Shown: one piece after another, positions 17,261-25,671 of the stretch | Layout of the letters: each line of letters begins with the position of its first letter | Position numbering within the stretch: position 1 is the stretch's first letter | Assembly: GCA_964549335.1 (NCBI GenBank) | Contig: CAZJUQ010000054.1 | Location: forward strand, 53,663 to 117,662 | Source of the DNA: an uncultured Lentimicrobiaceae bacterium | GTDB taxonomy: Bacteria; Bacteroidota; Bacteroidia; Bacteroidales; F082 | Reading direction: 5' to 3' | DNA length: 64,000 nucleotides | The notes under the pieces: model-generated | The model's database searches: none | Seen by the model: the letters and a program-made list of their open reading frames with translations, nothing else | What the model was told of the DNA's origin: nothing | Made by a program: the position numbers and the translations under genes

Positions 17261-18073
17261 TTACCATACCAATCCGCTCATGTAACCCACAACCCTGCCC
17301 GTGTCGTTTGAAACATCGGCGCTTGTGCGATAGTCAAGCAATGCGGTATTATAGCCATTGTCCGATGCCACCTTTGTAAGGGCTTTTAATCCCGTTATAC
17401 CGCAAGCCTCACAACCTTCGCCGTACATCTTCACATCCTTTTTTTCAAACGCCTTTATGCATATGGCATCCAACCACCGGGCGGTAGCCTCTGTATGAAA
17501 ATGACTCAAATCGCTGCTTATTACCACCGCACAATTATCATTACGTAACACCTCCGAAATTATTTCCGCAACCAGATTCATGCCGGCATCACCGTATATC
17601 AACTCTACAATGCGGGCTTGCCCGTTATAATGCGCAATAAAGGGCATTTGAGTTTCGGTACTGTGCTCTTTGTAATGCGCCTCCTTATTAAAAACAAATG
17701 CAAACTTCCCGTGTAATGTTTCCAGCATATCGGTAGCGGTTTTAAGTATCCCTTGCGGTGTCTCGTAATATTCGGTAAATGCTGCACTTACCCCCTTAAA
17801 ATAGACATGGTGACTGGGACCTATTACGACGATACACTGCGGTTTTGAGTTTGCTAATGCTTTGTGTGCCGCATTTGCCGTAAATCCGCTGTAAACATAT
17901 CCTGCATGAGGCGAAATTACGGCACGCGGTTTCTTGTTCATGTAAGAGTATCCTTTTACCAAGGGCAAATTTTTATTAAAAACCTCTATAAGCCTGTCAA
18001 TTTCGACACGCGATGACGGATAAAACATGCCGCTGTTTCCGGCTTTACGGTATTTTTCAAATATCAGTTCCAT
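17261..18073 (-). CDS. AmmeMemoRadiSam system protein B (MEMO1 family)
   Basis: AGNSGMFYPSS and ISPHAGYVYSG motifs typical of MEMO. Start chosen at the second ATG (MELIFEKY), leaving a 10-nt overlap with the radical SAM gene. Confidence 0.85.
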   Translation of the reverse strand: MELIFEKYRKAGNSGMFYPSSRVEIDRLIEVFNKNLPLVKGYSYMNKKPRAVISPHAGYVYSGFTANAAHKALANSKPQCIVVIGPSHHVYFKGVSAAFTEYYETPQGILKTATDMLETLHGKFAFVFNKEAHYKEHSTETQMPFIAHYNGQARIVELIYGDAGMNLVAEIISEVLRNDNCAVVISSDLSHFHTEATARWLDAICIKAFEKKDVKMYGEGCEACGITGLKALTKVASDNGYNTALLDYRTSADVSNDTGRVVGYMSGLVW

Positions 18074-19050
18074 ACTCCGTCGATTTTTGTACCACAATAT
18101 TTGCATTTTCCGTCAACCAAACTGTTTTTCGAGATATAATATCCCCTTCTGACTATCAACTCTTTTCCGCAACCCGGACAAGTTGTTATTGCCGGCTCTG
18201 AAACATTTCCTTTATAAACATATTTCAACCCCCTTTTCTTACCGGTTTCGTAAGCTCTTTGTAAAGATTGCAAACTCGTATGGTTTTTATCCGTCATTTT
18301 GTAATGGGGATAAAAAGCCGAAATATGCCAAGGGGTACTATTTCCAAGCTCGCCGGCAATAAATCCGGCAATGTCGTCCAACTGCGAACCGCCATCGTTT
18401 TCGCCTGGCACAACAAGTGTTGTAACCTCTATCCAGAAACCGTTTTTTCTCAACAATTTCAAAGTGTCAAGCACCCCTTCAAGAGTTCCTTTCAAGGTTT
18501 TTTTATAATATGCGGCATCAAAACTTTTCAGGTCAACATTAAAAGCGTCTATTATCCCCATCATGTCATTAATAACCTCTTCTGACTCCATTCCGTTGGT
18601 AACAAAGACGTTTTTTATCCCTTTTGATTTTGCCAATAGAGCCGTATCGCGGGCAAAAGGATAAAACACCGAGGGCTCGTTATAAGTATATGCTATTGTT
18701 TTACAGTTGTTTTTTAGGGCAAGAGCAACAATTTGTGCGGGAGTAACCTCTTGGGAGAAAGAGAGGTCGCCGGTTTGCGAAATTTGCCAGTTTTGACAAA
18801 ACGGACATTGCAAATTACATCCCACAGTACCAATGGAGAGTGCGGTGGAACCGGGCAAAAAATGGTACAACGGCTTTTTTTCCACAGGATCGATATTCAG
18901 GGCTGCCACTTTACCGTAAACCAAATTCTCAAGTGCGCCCTTTTCGTTTTTATTAACACCGCAAATGCCGGTTTGCCCCTCCTTCAAATTGCAATAATGG
19001 CGGCAAAGCAGACACCTTATCCCTTTTGATGTTTGTTGATAATATGTCAT
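18064..19050 (-). CDS. AmmeMemoRadiSam system radical SAM enzyme
   Basis: N-terminal Cys cluster (CLLCRHYCNL...CGV) then GCNLQCPFCQNWQIS, and C-terminal CPGCG...CKYCG. Sits between the AMMECR1 and MEMO genes. Confidence 0.9.
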   Translation of the reverse strand: MTYYQQTSKGIRCLLCRHYCNLKEGQTGICGVNKNEKGALENLVYGKVAALNIDPVEKKPLYHFLPGSTALSIGTVGCNLQCPFCQNWQISQTGDLSFSQEVTPAQIVALALKNNCKTIAYTYNEPSVFYPFARDTALLAKSKGIKNVFVTNGMESEEVINDMMGIIDAFNVDLKSFDAAYYKKTLKGTLEGVLDTLKLLRKNGFWIEVTTLVVPGENDGGSQLDDIAGFIAGELGNSTPWHISAFYPHYKMTDKNHTSLQSLQRAYETGKKRGLKYVYKGNVSEPAITTCPGCGKELIVRRGYYISKNSLVDGKCKYCGTKIDGVWN

Positions 19051-19610
19051 CTCTCCTCCTCAAAAATTTCAACTTCGAAACGGTAAATACCGGGGTGACT
19101 GTATATGCAGTCGCCCTCAAGTCCCGCTTTAAGACAAAGATGATAAAAGAACACATCGAAAGAGGGTAACTTGTCCCAAACCTGAGGCAAAAACACTGCC
19201 CTTCTGAATCCTTTCGATAGTATTATGCCGTCTTTCCCGGGGACAAGAAGACCTTTAAGTTCGTCAACACTGCTATAAATAACCTCTTCCGGTTTCGACA
19301 AAAGCGAAATTTCTATGGAGATATCCTCCATTTCATCCGGTTCCACCGGTTGGAACCTGCTGTCGCTGAATGCCGCCGCACGGGCATTGTGAATTATATC
19401 GTCCAACAACATGCGGTGTGCTTCAATACTTCCTATACAGCCGCGCAATTGTCCCTCTTTGTTGAGGGTAACAAAAACGGCACCGGGTTCGGCAAGACGT
19501 GGATATCGCCCTGTCAAATACTCCTTGTCTATCAGTTTTGCGCCTGTCAGCTTTTCCATTATCGCCTTCCGCGCAACATCAAGCATCGCTTTTTTTAACG
19601 AATCTTCCAT
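19047..19610 (-). CDS. AmmeMemoRadiSam system protein A (AMMECR1 family)
   Basis: GAVFVTLNKEGQLRGCIGS motif. ATGA overlap with the radical SAM gene. The ORF track starts at a TTG (19646); the first ATG is at 19610. Confidence 0.85.
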   Translation of the reverse strand: MEDSLKKAMLDVARKAIMEKLTGAKLIDKEYLTGRYPRLAEPGAVFVTLNKEGQLRGCIGSIEAHRMLLDDIIHNARAAAFSDSRFQPVEPDEMEDISIEISLLSKPEEVIYSSVDELKGLLVPGKDGIILSKGFRRAVFLPQVWDKLPSFDVFFYHLCLKAGLEGDCIYSHPGIYRFEVEIFEEER

Positions 19611-19658
19611 CGATTTTCCCCTCTTTTTTAAAAAGGCAAACTTCAAATTTTATACCAA

Positions 19659-19666
19659 CAAAGATA
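19659..19666 (-). promoter_or_regulatory. candidate -7 box (TAnnTTTG) for the AmmeMemoRadiSam operon
   Basis: Minus strand TATCTTTG, 48 nt upstream of ATG 19610. Confidence 0.45.
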
Positions 19667-19702
19667 ATAAAAACGATAGGTTAACAGAATATTACAGGCA
19701 AT

Positions 19703-19736
19703 AAAAAAAGCAAAACCCCTTCCGGAATTTTGCTTT
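19703..19736 (-). terminator. rho-independent terminator
   Basis: AAAGCAAAA (19707-19715) pairs with TTTTGCTTT (19728-19736). On the minus strand it is followed by a T-run. Lies 24 nt after the stop of the 19760..20776 gene. Confidence 0.6.
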
Positions 19737-19759
19737 TCTCATCTTTCCATTCAAGTCTT

Positions 19760-20776
19760 TCACTGAATGTCAACGGCAATTTTTCTAAAGTCGTTCAAAA
19801 GTTTAGTCACTTTGTTTTCAACGCTTTTTATATCTCCCTGTTTTGAAAGTTCATTCAATTGTTGTTCAATGGCCTCTTCCTTTTTTATGCCTGATTCCAA
19901 AGCGGTTTTATCAAATTTAAGGTATTGGAACTTTCCGGAGCGTTCCAAGAACTTTTTACCCGAGCGGATATCACTGTGAACAAGAGCTGCGGCTTCAGGC
20001 AAAATATTTGCGGCTTTATCATACATACCTTTATTGATAAATGCTTTAAAATCGTTCGAGAGTGAGGCGGCTTTTTTATTCCGGTTGCTGCGTAATTTGT
20101 TAAACGATTCCAACTGGCGGTTTTCCATTCTTCTGAAATAGGAAGGAGGCAAATTGTTTTTTGCCGGTTTGGCAGGCTGGTTATGTACCATATGAACCAT
20201 ATGACCGCCGCCGTAATTATTATGGTTTTTCAAAGAGGATGTACCGCTATTTCCGTGAGCTTGCGGCTCAATTTTATCGTATTTTCTCAAGTTGGTTTTC
20301 ATGAGGTTTAAAAATTCGGACAAATTTCCTCTTATCCCGCTCAACTTTCGCTGATTCGTCATATTTATTTCGGGATTGAAGTCCTTCAGTTTGTTAAAAA
20401 GATATTTTTCCCTGTTCAACCTGTCGGTAAGTGTTTGTATTTCCAATCTCTTGTTAAAAGCGGCACCCGTATTGGGATTGTGTGTCAATTTTCCGGTTTT
20501 AATGTCGTAAAGATTTTTTTCGGACCTGCCTATTTCGTTTGTCGCCAAAGTTATCAACTTTGAACGCTCTTCAAGTACTTTTGCTTTATTTCCTGAACGG
20601 TAAGCCGTTTCCAAAATGCTTTTTGCCGTTTCAAAAGCCTTTATGTCGTTTTGACGGCTACCCTGAATTTGTGTGGCTGTACCCGTTTGTCCGTTTTTTG
20701 AAACCAACTGAGCGTAAATATCGGTCACCGAAAAGGTTACCGCTAAAACCAATAAATAAACAATTCTTTTTTTCAT
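19760..20776 (-). CDS. hypothetical secreted alpha-helical protein
   Basis: ATG 20776 gives MKKRIVYLLVLAVTFSVTDIYAQ (signal peptide). Helical, K/E/N-rich, with a central GGGHMVHMVHNQ His patch. No family recognised. Confidence 0.6.
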   Translation of the reverse strand: MKKRIVYLLVLAVTFSVTDIYAQLVSKNGQTGTATQIQGSRQNDIKAFETAKSILETAYRSGNKAKVLEERSKLITLATNEIGRSEKNLYDIKTGKLTHNPNTGAAFNKRLEIQTLTDRLNREKYLFNKLKDFNPEINMTNQRKLSGIRGNLSEFLNLMKTNLRKYDKIEPQAHGNSGTSSLKNHNNYGGGHMVHMVHNQPAKPAKNNLPPSYFRRMENRQLESFNKLRSNRNKKAASLSNDFKAFINKGMYDKAANILPEAAALVHSDIRSGKKFLERSGKFQYLKFDKTALESGIKKEEAIEQQLNELSKQGDIKSVENKVTKLLNDFRKIAVDIQ

Positions 20777-20824
20777 AGTCGTGCTTTTTGTTTTACTAAG
20801 GTCTATTAAATAACTTTTGTTTTT

Positions 20825-20832
20825 CAAAAATA
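20825..20832 (-). promoter_or_regulatory. candidate -7 box (TAnnTTTG)
   Basis: Minus strand TATTTTTG, 48 nt upstream of ATG 20776. Confidence 0.45.
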
Positions 20833-20834
20833 AT

Positions 20835-20863
20835 CAAAAAAGTATGCCAAAAAGAGTTGGCAT
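20835..20863 (-). terminator. rho-independent terminator after the rbfA-methyltransferase pair
   Basis: ATGCCAA (20844-20850) pairs with TTGGCAT (20857-20863). On the minus strand it is followed by ACTTTTTTG. Confidence 0.55.
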
Positions 20864-20865
20864 CT

Positions 20866-21681
20866 TTATTTCCAGGCTTTGGCTATCAATCCCGTGCCGG
20901 TTTTATGAACCATTTTCACATCCAAATAATTAAGCACGAGAGAAATAGGAAAAGTAACCAGATAATAGAATGGTAAAATAATAAAAAACAGATAAGAAGA
21001 ATTAAGCATGATAATGGGGTATTTCATACTTAATTTCCAGGAAATTTTCCCGGGAGTTCCATATTGGTAATAAGCTTCCGTTTTTGAAAAACCGGCTTTT
21101 TTCATCTTTTCCTCTATTTCGGCAATGCCGTATCCGTCTCTTACATGTTCGTCGATAAACGATTCGGTGCCGTCGTGGTCATGGTCGTGCACGTCGCTAC
21201 CGCCTTGATCCGAAGGAGTTGACACAAGTAACATACCGCCCTTTTTCATCGATTTGTAATAATTCTTCAAAACTTTAACATCCTCTTCAATATGTTCCAT
21301 AACGTCAACGCAAAGAATAAGGTCGTACTTATCAGGTTCCGAAAACCGGGTAAGGTCTGCCACTTCAAAACCGACATTGTTTAAACCGGTACGGCTGAAA
21401 AAATTGTTACAATCGTCTATCTGCTCTTGCTTTACGTCAACACCTTTTATTTTCCAATTCTTGTTTCGGTTGGCCAAATAGAAATCATACTGTCCGAAAC
21501 CCGAACCTGCATCCAGGATATTGCGCTCGCCCCGGTTTTCTTTTTCCCACTGTCTCAGAGCTTTACGAATATGCCACGAACGCAACAGCAGCATATCGAG
21601 GAGTCTGTAAAACAGTTTTCTTAAAAAGGGTCTTTTGTTAAATACCGCCCCGAGTTTTCTTTTTACCGGATCGTATTGCAT
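20866..21681 (-). CDS. class I SAM-dependent methyltransferase with C-terminal membrane segment
   Basis: ILDAGSGFGQYDF (motif I) and LILCVDVMEHIEED. Hydrophobic C-terminal ~60 aa. Lies 10 nt downstream of rbfA. Confidence 0.8.
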   Translation of the reverse strand: MQYDPVKRKLGAVFNKRPFLRKLFYRLLDMLLLRSWHIRKALRQWEKENRGERNILDAGSGFGQYDFYLANRNKNWKIKGVDVKQEQIDDCNNFFSRTGLNNVGFEVADLTRFSEPDKYDLILCVDVMEHIEEDVKVLKNYYKSMKKGGMLLVSTPSDQGGSDVHDHDHDGTESFIDEHVRDGYGIAEIEEKMKKAGFSKTEAYYQYGTPGKISWKLSMKYPIIMLNSSYLFFIILPFYYLVTFPISLVLNYLDVKMVHKTGTGLIAKAWK

Positions 21682-21691
21682 ACATTTAAGG

Positions 21692-22033
21692 TTAGTCGTT
21701 TTTCAAAAGATTTTCTATTTTTTCGATATAATCGAGCGAATCGTCAATATAAAAGCGCAATTCAGGTACCGAACGCAACTGGTGCCTGATACGCATTCCG
21801 AGCTTACCCCTTATCTCCGGAGTGTGTTTTCGGATATCCTCCATCAATGCCGCCTGATTTTTTGTGGCAAACAGACTCAAATAGACTTTTGCCAAAGTTA
21901 AATCGGGGGTAACCCTCACCTTTGTCACCGTAACCATACTATGCCCCGTAACATGTCCCAACTCGCGCTGGAATATCTCTCCCAAATCGCGCATTAACAA
22001 TTTATTTATCCTTTCTTGCCGTTTTGTTTCCAT
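21692..22033 (-). CDS. rbfA: ribosome-binding factor A
   Basis: RQERINKLLMRDLGEIFQREL...VTVTKVRVTPDLTLAKVYLS...ELRFYIDDSLDY is typical RbfA; 113 aa. Confidence 0.9.
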   Translation of the reverse strand: METKRQERINKLLMRDLGEIFQRELGHVTGHSMVTVTKVRVTPDLTLAKVYLSLFATKNQAALMEDIRKHTPEIRGKLGMRIRHQLRSVPELRFYIDDSLDYIEKIENLLKND

Positions 22034-22108
22034 GCTGCAAAAGTATTATTTTTAACCGAACAGGTTAACACAAAACAAAATGTTCCCACCGTTTAATAAT
22101 ATATTTTT

Positions 22109-23275
22109 TCAAGCCAACATCACGGGAGCCACATATTTGTCAATGTCCTCCTTATCTATGGTATCACCCGACAAAATAAGTAAGCGTTCCACCACATTGT
22201 GCAGTTCGCGTACATTTCCCGACCAATTGAATTCCTGAAGACGTTTCAAAGCCTCTTCCGTTATTTTTCTCGGAGGTTTTCCTTGAACCGCCGACAATTC
22301 ATCAATAAAATGTTCAACAAGCAAAGGAATATCCTCTTTGCGTTGGCGTAAGGCGGGAACATGAAGCACTATCACGCTTAAACGGTGATATAAATCTTCC
22401 CTGAAATTTCCTTTTTTTATCTCTTCTTTCAGGTCTTTGTTTGTAGCGGCTATTACACGAACATCCACCGGAATATCTTTTTCGCCGCCTACTCTTACTA
22501 TTTTATTCTCTTGCAAAGCCCGCAACACTTTTGCTTGTGCCGCCAAACTCATATCACCTATTTCGTCCAAAAACAGCGTCCCGCCGCTGGCAAGTTCAAA
22601 ATCGCCCTTTCTCTGTTTAATTGCCGAAGTAAAAGAGCCCTTTTCATGTCCGAAAAGTTGACTCTCTATCAACTCGGAAGGTATGGCGGCACAGTTAACC
22701 TCAATAAATGGTGATTTTGCCCTGTTGCTCTGTTCGTGAATTTGCCTTGCCACGAGTTCCTTGCCCGTGCCGTTTTCTCCCGAAATAAGAACACGTGCCG
22801 ACGTGGGTGCTATTTTCATAATCATCTCCTTCAAATCCGTAATTGCCTTTGATTTTCCCACAATCTCATACCTTTTCTGAACCTCGCGTTTTAACTTTTT
22901 CGTCTCAACAACCAAATCTTTTTTATCAATGGCATTCCGTACCGTTACCAATAAACGGTTCAAATCGGGAGGCTTTACTATAAAATCGTATGCACCTTTC
23001 TTTATGGCATCCACGGCGGTTTCAATGGTTCCGTGCCCCGAAATCATTATTACGGGACTTTCGCTGAACTTTTGAAGCTTTTGCAATACCTCTATCCCGT
23101 CCATTTCAGGCATCTTTATGTCGAGCAATATGGCATCGTATGCCGTTTCTTGTGCCATCTCCAAAGCATTGGAACCTTTAGCCGCCAAATCAACCTCATA
23201 TTTCTCAAATTCCAATATCTCTTTTAACGTCCGTCTTATGCTGCTCTCATCGTCAACAACCAAAATTTTAGCCAT
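22109..23275 (-). CDS. sigma-54-dependent response regulator (REC + AAA+), no C-terminal DNA-binding domain
   Basis: REC (ILVVDDE...ILLDIKMPEMDG); Walker A GENGTGKE; GAFTGA-variant GSFTSA; NVRELHN sensor II. The protein ends ~25 aa later without a Fis-type HTH. Confidence 0.88.
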   Translation of the reverse strand: MAKILVVDDESSIRRTLKEILEFEKYEVDLAAKGSNALEMAQETAYDAILLDIKMPEMDGIEVLQKLQKFSESPVIMISGHGTIETAVDAIKKGAYDFIVKPPDLNRLLVTVRNAIDKKDLVVETKKLKREVQKRYEIVGKSKAITDLKEMIMKIAPTSARVLISGENGTGKELVARQIHEQSNRAKSPFIEVNCAAIPSELIESQLFGHEKGSFTSAIKQRKGDFELASGGTLFLDEIGDMSLAAQAKVLRALQENKIVRVGGEKDIPVDVRVIAATNKDLKEEIKKGNFREDLYHRLSVIVLHVPALRQRKEDIPLLVEHFIDELSAVQGKPPRKITEEALKRLQEFNWSGNVRELHNVVERLLILSGDTIDKEDIDKYVAPVMLA

Positions 23276-23376
23276 ATCGTTTATTGTTTAATTCTCCGCG
23301 AAAATAACCAACTTATTGCAATTATCACCACCTAACCCGCTATTTTGACGCTGTACTTTCAAACCGTAAAAATCAA

Positions 23377-23384
23377 TAACTTTG
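23377..23384 (+). promoter_or_regulatory. candidate -7 box (TAnnTTTG)
   Basis: TAACTTTG, 19 nt upstream of ATG 23404. Confidence 0.45.
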
Positions 23385-23403
23385 TAAAAATTTATCGTGA
23401 ACA

Positions 23404-25620
23404 ATGAAAATAGTTTTTATTGCATTAATACCGTTGCTTTTGAGCTTATCAAACCAAAATTCCACGGCACAAACCATAAAAAAATTCCCCTGGGCAGGAG
23501 GACTGAACTCGGCACAATTCGGCGAAATTGATATCAATAACGACGGTATTCCCGATTTGGTGGTGTTCGACAGGCAAGGAGACAGACTCCTGTGTTTTGT
23601 TAACGGAGGCACAACGGGAACAATAGACTATACTTATGCACCCCAATACCAAAAACTGTTTCCGCAACTTTACCACTGGGCGGAATTTAAGGATTATAAC
23701 GGTGACGGCAAAACAGACATTTTCACCTACTCGCCGGGTTGGGCGGGAATTATTGTTTATAAAAATATCACTACGGACAATCTGAAATTCAAAAGAGTAG
23801 TATATCCTTATCTCACATCTTTTCAAGGAGGAGGATATACTAACATATTTGTTACATACGCCGATTACCCCGCCATTTGCGATATTGACAATGACGGCGA
23901 CCTCGATATTTTAAGCTTTTGGGGATTGGGCTCTTTTGTCGAAATGCACAAAAATCTCTCAATGGAGAAATACGGAAATGCCGATTCGCTCGATTACGAG
24001 AAAACAGAGTATTGTTGGGGGCATTTTGCCGAAAGCGATGAATCGAATATGCTTTTTCTCGATACTTGTATCGGCAACAGAGATACAGGCATGCTTTTGA
24101 ACAACAGACATACGGGCTCAACTTTCCTTATGATAGATATCAATGCCGACGGTGTAAAAGACCTTTTGCTCGGCGATGTGGACTATCCTGGTCTGTTCCT
24201 GCTTACCAACGACGGCACCCTCCAAAATGCACACATATCGGCATTCGACACACTTTTTCCCTCATACGACACAACGGTAAAGCTTTTTTCAATGCCGGTA
24301 GCATCATATATCGATGTTAATAACGACGGCATTAAAGATTTACTGGTATCCCCTTTCGACCCCAATCCCTTCGTTACTCAAAACAGAAAGTCGGTATGGC
24401 TTTACATTAATGAGGGCGAAAACAATAATCCCGTATTCAAACTCGAAAACAAAAGCTTTTTGCAAGATAACATGATAGATGCCGGCTCGGGTGCTTATCC
24501 CCTTTTTGTTGATTGGGACGGCGACGGACTTACCGATATTTTGCTGGGAAATTATGGATTCTATGTCAATTCGTGGTACGATAACAACTTCTTTTTACAT
24601 TCGTTTTACAACTCACACTTGCAATTTTATAAAAATACAGGCACAGCTTCAAATCCCCAATTTCAACTTTACGATAACAATTTGGCTCATCTCGATTTCG
24701 AATTTCTTTTGGGAATTTATCCCGCTGCCGGCGACCTGGATAATGACGGGGATATGGACCTTTTGGTGGGTAACTCGGAAGGTAATATCATTTTTATCGA
24801 AAACCAAAACGGCGATTTGGTAATAGCGGATAAAAACTACGGCAATATCGATGTGGGGGAATACAGCACTCCACAGCTTTTCGATTTGGATAACGACGGA
24901 CTTACCGACCTTATTATTGGCGAAAAGGGAGGAAATTTGAATTATTATCACAATGAGGGAACTCCCCAATCGCCCGACTTCGTATTTGTTACCGACAGTT
25001 TAGGTAAAGTTAACGTCACCGATATCAACCTATCCTATTACGGATACAGCACCCCCTGTTTCTTCCGCACCGGCAACGGAAAAACGGTGTTGGCGGTTGG
25101 GTCGGAACAAGGTAAAATATTTTACTTCACCGATATAGACAACAACCTGGATGGTGAATTTTATGAAGAAGACGACGAAGGCTTAAATTCGCTCCTCGAT
25201 ACAAACGGGGTGAACTACGACAGGGGCATGCGTACGGCAGTCTCAATATCCGATTTGAATAACGACGGAAAACCGGAAATGGTTGCAGGAAACTTTTCGG
25301 GCGGACTCGAATTTTTTAAGAAAAATCCCGATGTTTTACCATATGTGAATGAAATTAACATTAATAAAACCTTATCTTTTAAACTATTTCCTAATCCTGC
25401 CGAAAACACTTTTTTAATAAAACTATCCGAAAAACAATCGGTCAATATAGGTTTTAACATATTAAACATTCAGGGAAAAATACTGAAATCGGGAACTATA
25501 ACGGCCGGAAACAACAAGAAAGAGGTAAATATTCAAGATATTCCGCATGGGGTATATTTGGTTGAAATTCACAGCAAAAGAATAATTTTTCAAACTAAAA
25601 AACTTTTGATAATCAAATAA
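23404..25620 (+). CDS. FG-GAP/VCBS-repeat protein with T9SS C-terminal sorting domain
   Basis: Signal peptide. Nine DxNxDGxxD-type Ca-binding repeats (DINNDGIPDLVV, DIDNDGDLDIL, DLDNDGDMDLLV and others). C-terminus FKLFPNPAENTFLIKL...GVYLVEIHS is a type A T9SS sorting-domain pattern. Confidence 0.85.
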   Translation: MKIVFIALIPLLLSLSNQNSTAQTIKKFPWAGGLNSAQFGEIDINNDGIPDLVVFDRQGDRLLCFVNGGTTGTIDYTYAPQYQKLFPQLYHWAEFKDYNGDGKTDIFTYSPGWAGIIVYKNITTDNLKFKRVVYPYLTSFQGGGYTNIFVTYADYPAICDIDNDGDLDILSFWGLGSFVEMHKNLSMEKYGNADSLDYEKTEYCWGHFAESDESNMLFLDTCIGNRDTGMLLNNRHTGSTFLMIDINADGVKDLLLGDVDYPGLFLLTNDGTLQNAHISAFDTLFPSYDTTVKLFSMPVASYIDVNNDGIKDLLVSPFDPNPFVTQNRKSVWLYINEGENNNPVFKLENKSFLQDNMIDAGSGAYPLFVDWDGDGLTDILLGNYGFYVNSWYDNNFFLHSFYNSHLQFYKNTGTASNPQFQLYDNNLAHLDFEFLLGIYPAAGDLDNDGDMDLLVGNSEGNIIFIENQNGDLVIADKNYGNIDVGEYSTPQLFDLDNDGLTDLIIGEKGGNLNYYHNEGTPQSPDFVFVTDSLGKVNVTDINLSYYGYSTPCFFRTGNGKTVLAVGSEQGKIFYFTDIDNNLDGEFYEEDDEGLNSLLDTNGVNYDRGMRTAVSISDLNNDGKPEMVAGNFSGGLEFFKKNPDVLPYVNEININKTLSFKLFPNPAENTFLIKLSEKQSVNIGFNILNIQGKILKSGTITAGNNKKEVNIQDIPHGVYLVEIHSKRIIFQTKKLLIIK

Positions 25621-25671
25621 AAAATTGTAAAAGAGAACAAAACTTCTTTAATGTAAATAAAGTTTTCCGCC

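Noticed and set aside
22038-22045. TACTTTTG box (minus strand) as the rbfA promoter
   Set aside because: It ends only 4 nt before the rbfA ATG, so a transcript from it would start at or inside the start codon. A leaderless mRNA is possible, but this is too uncertain to list as a feature.
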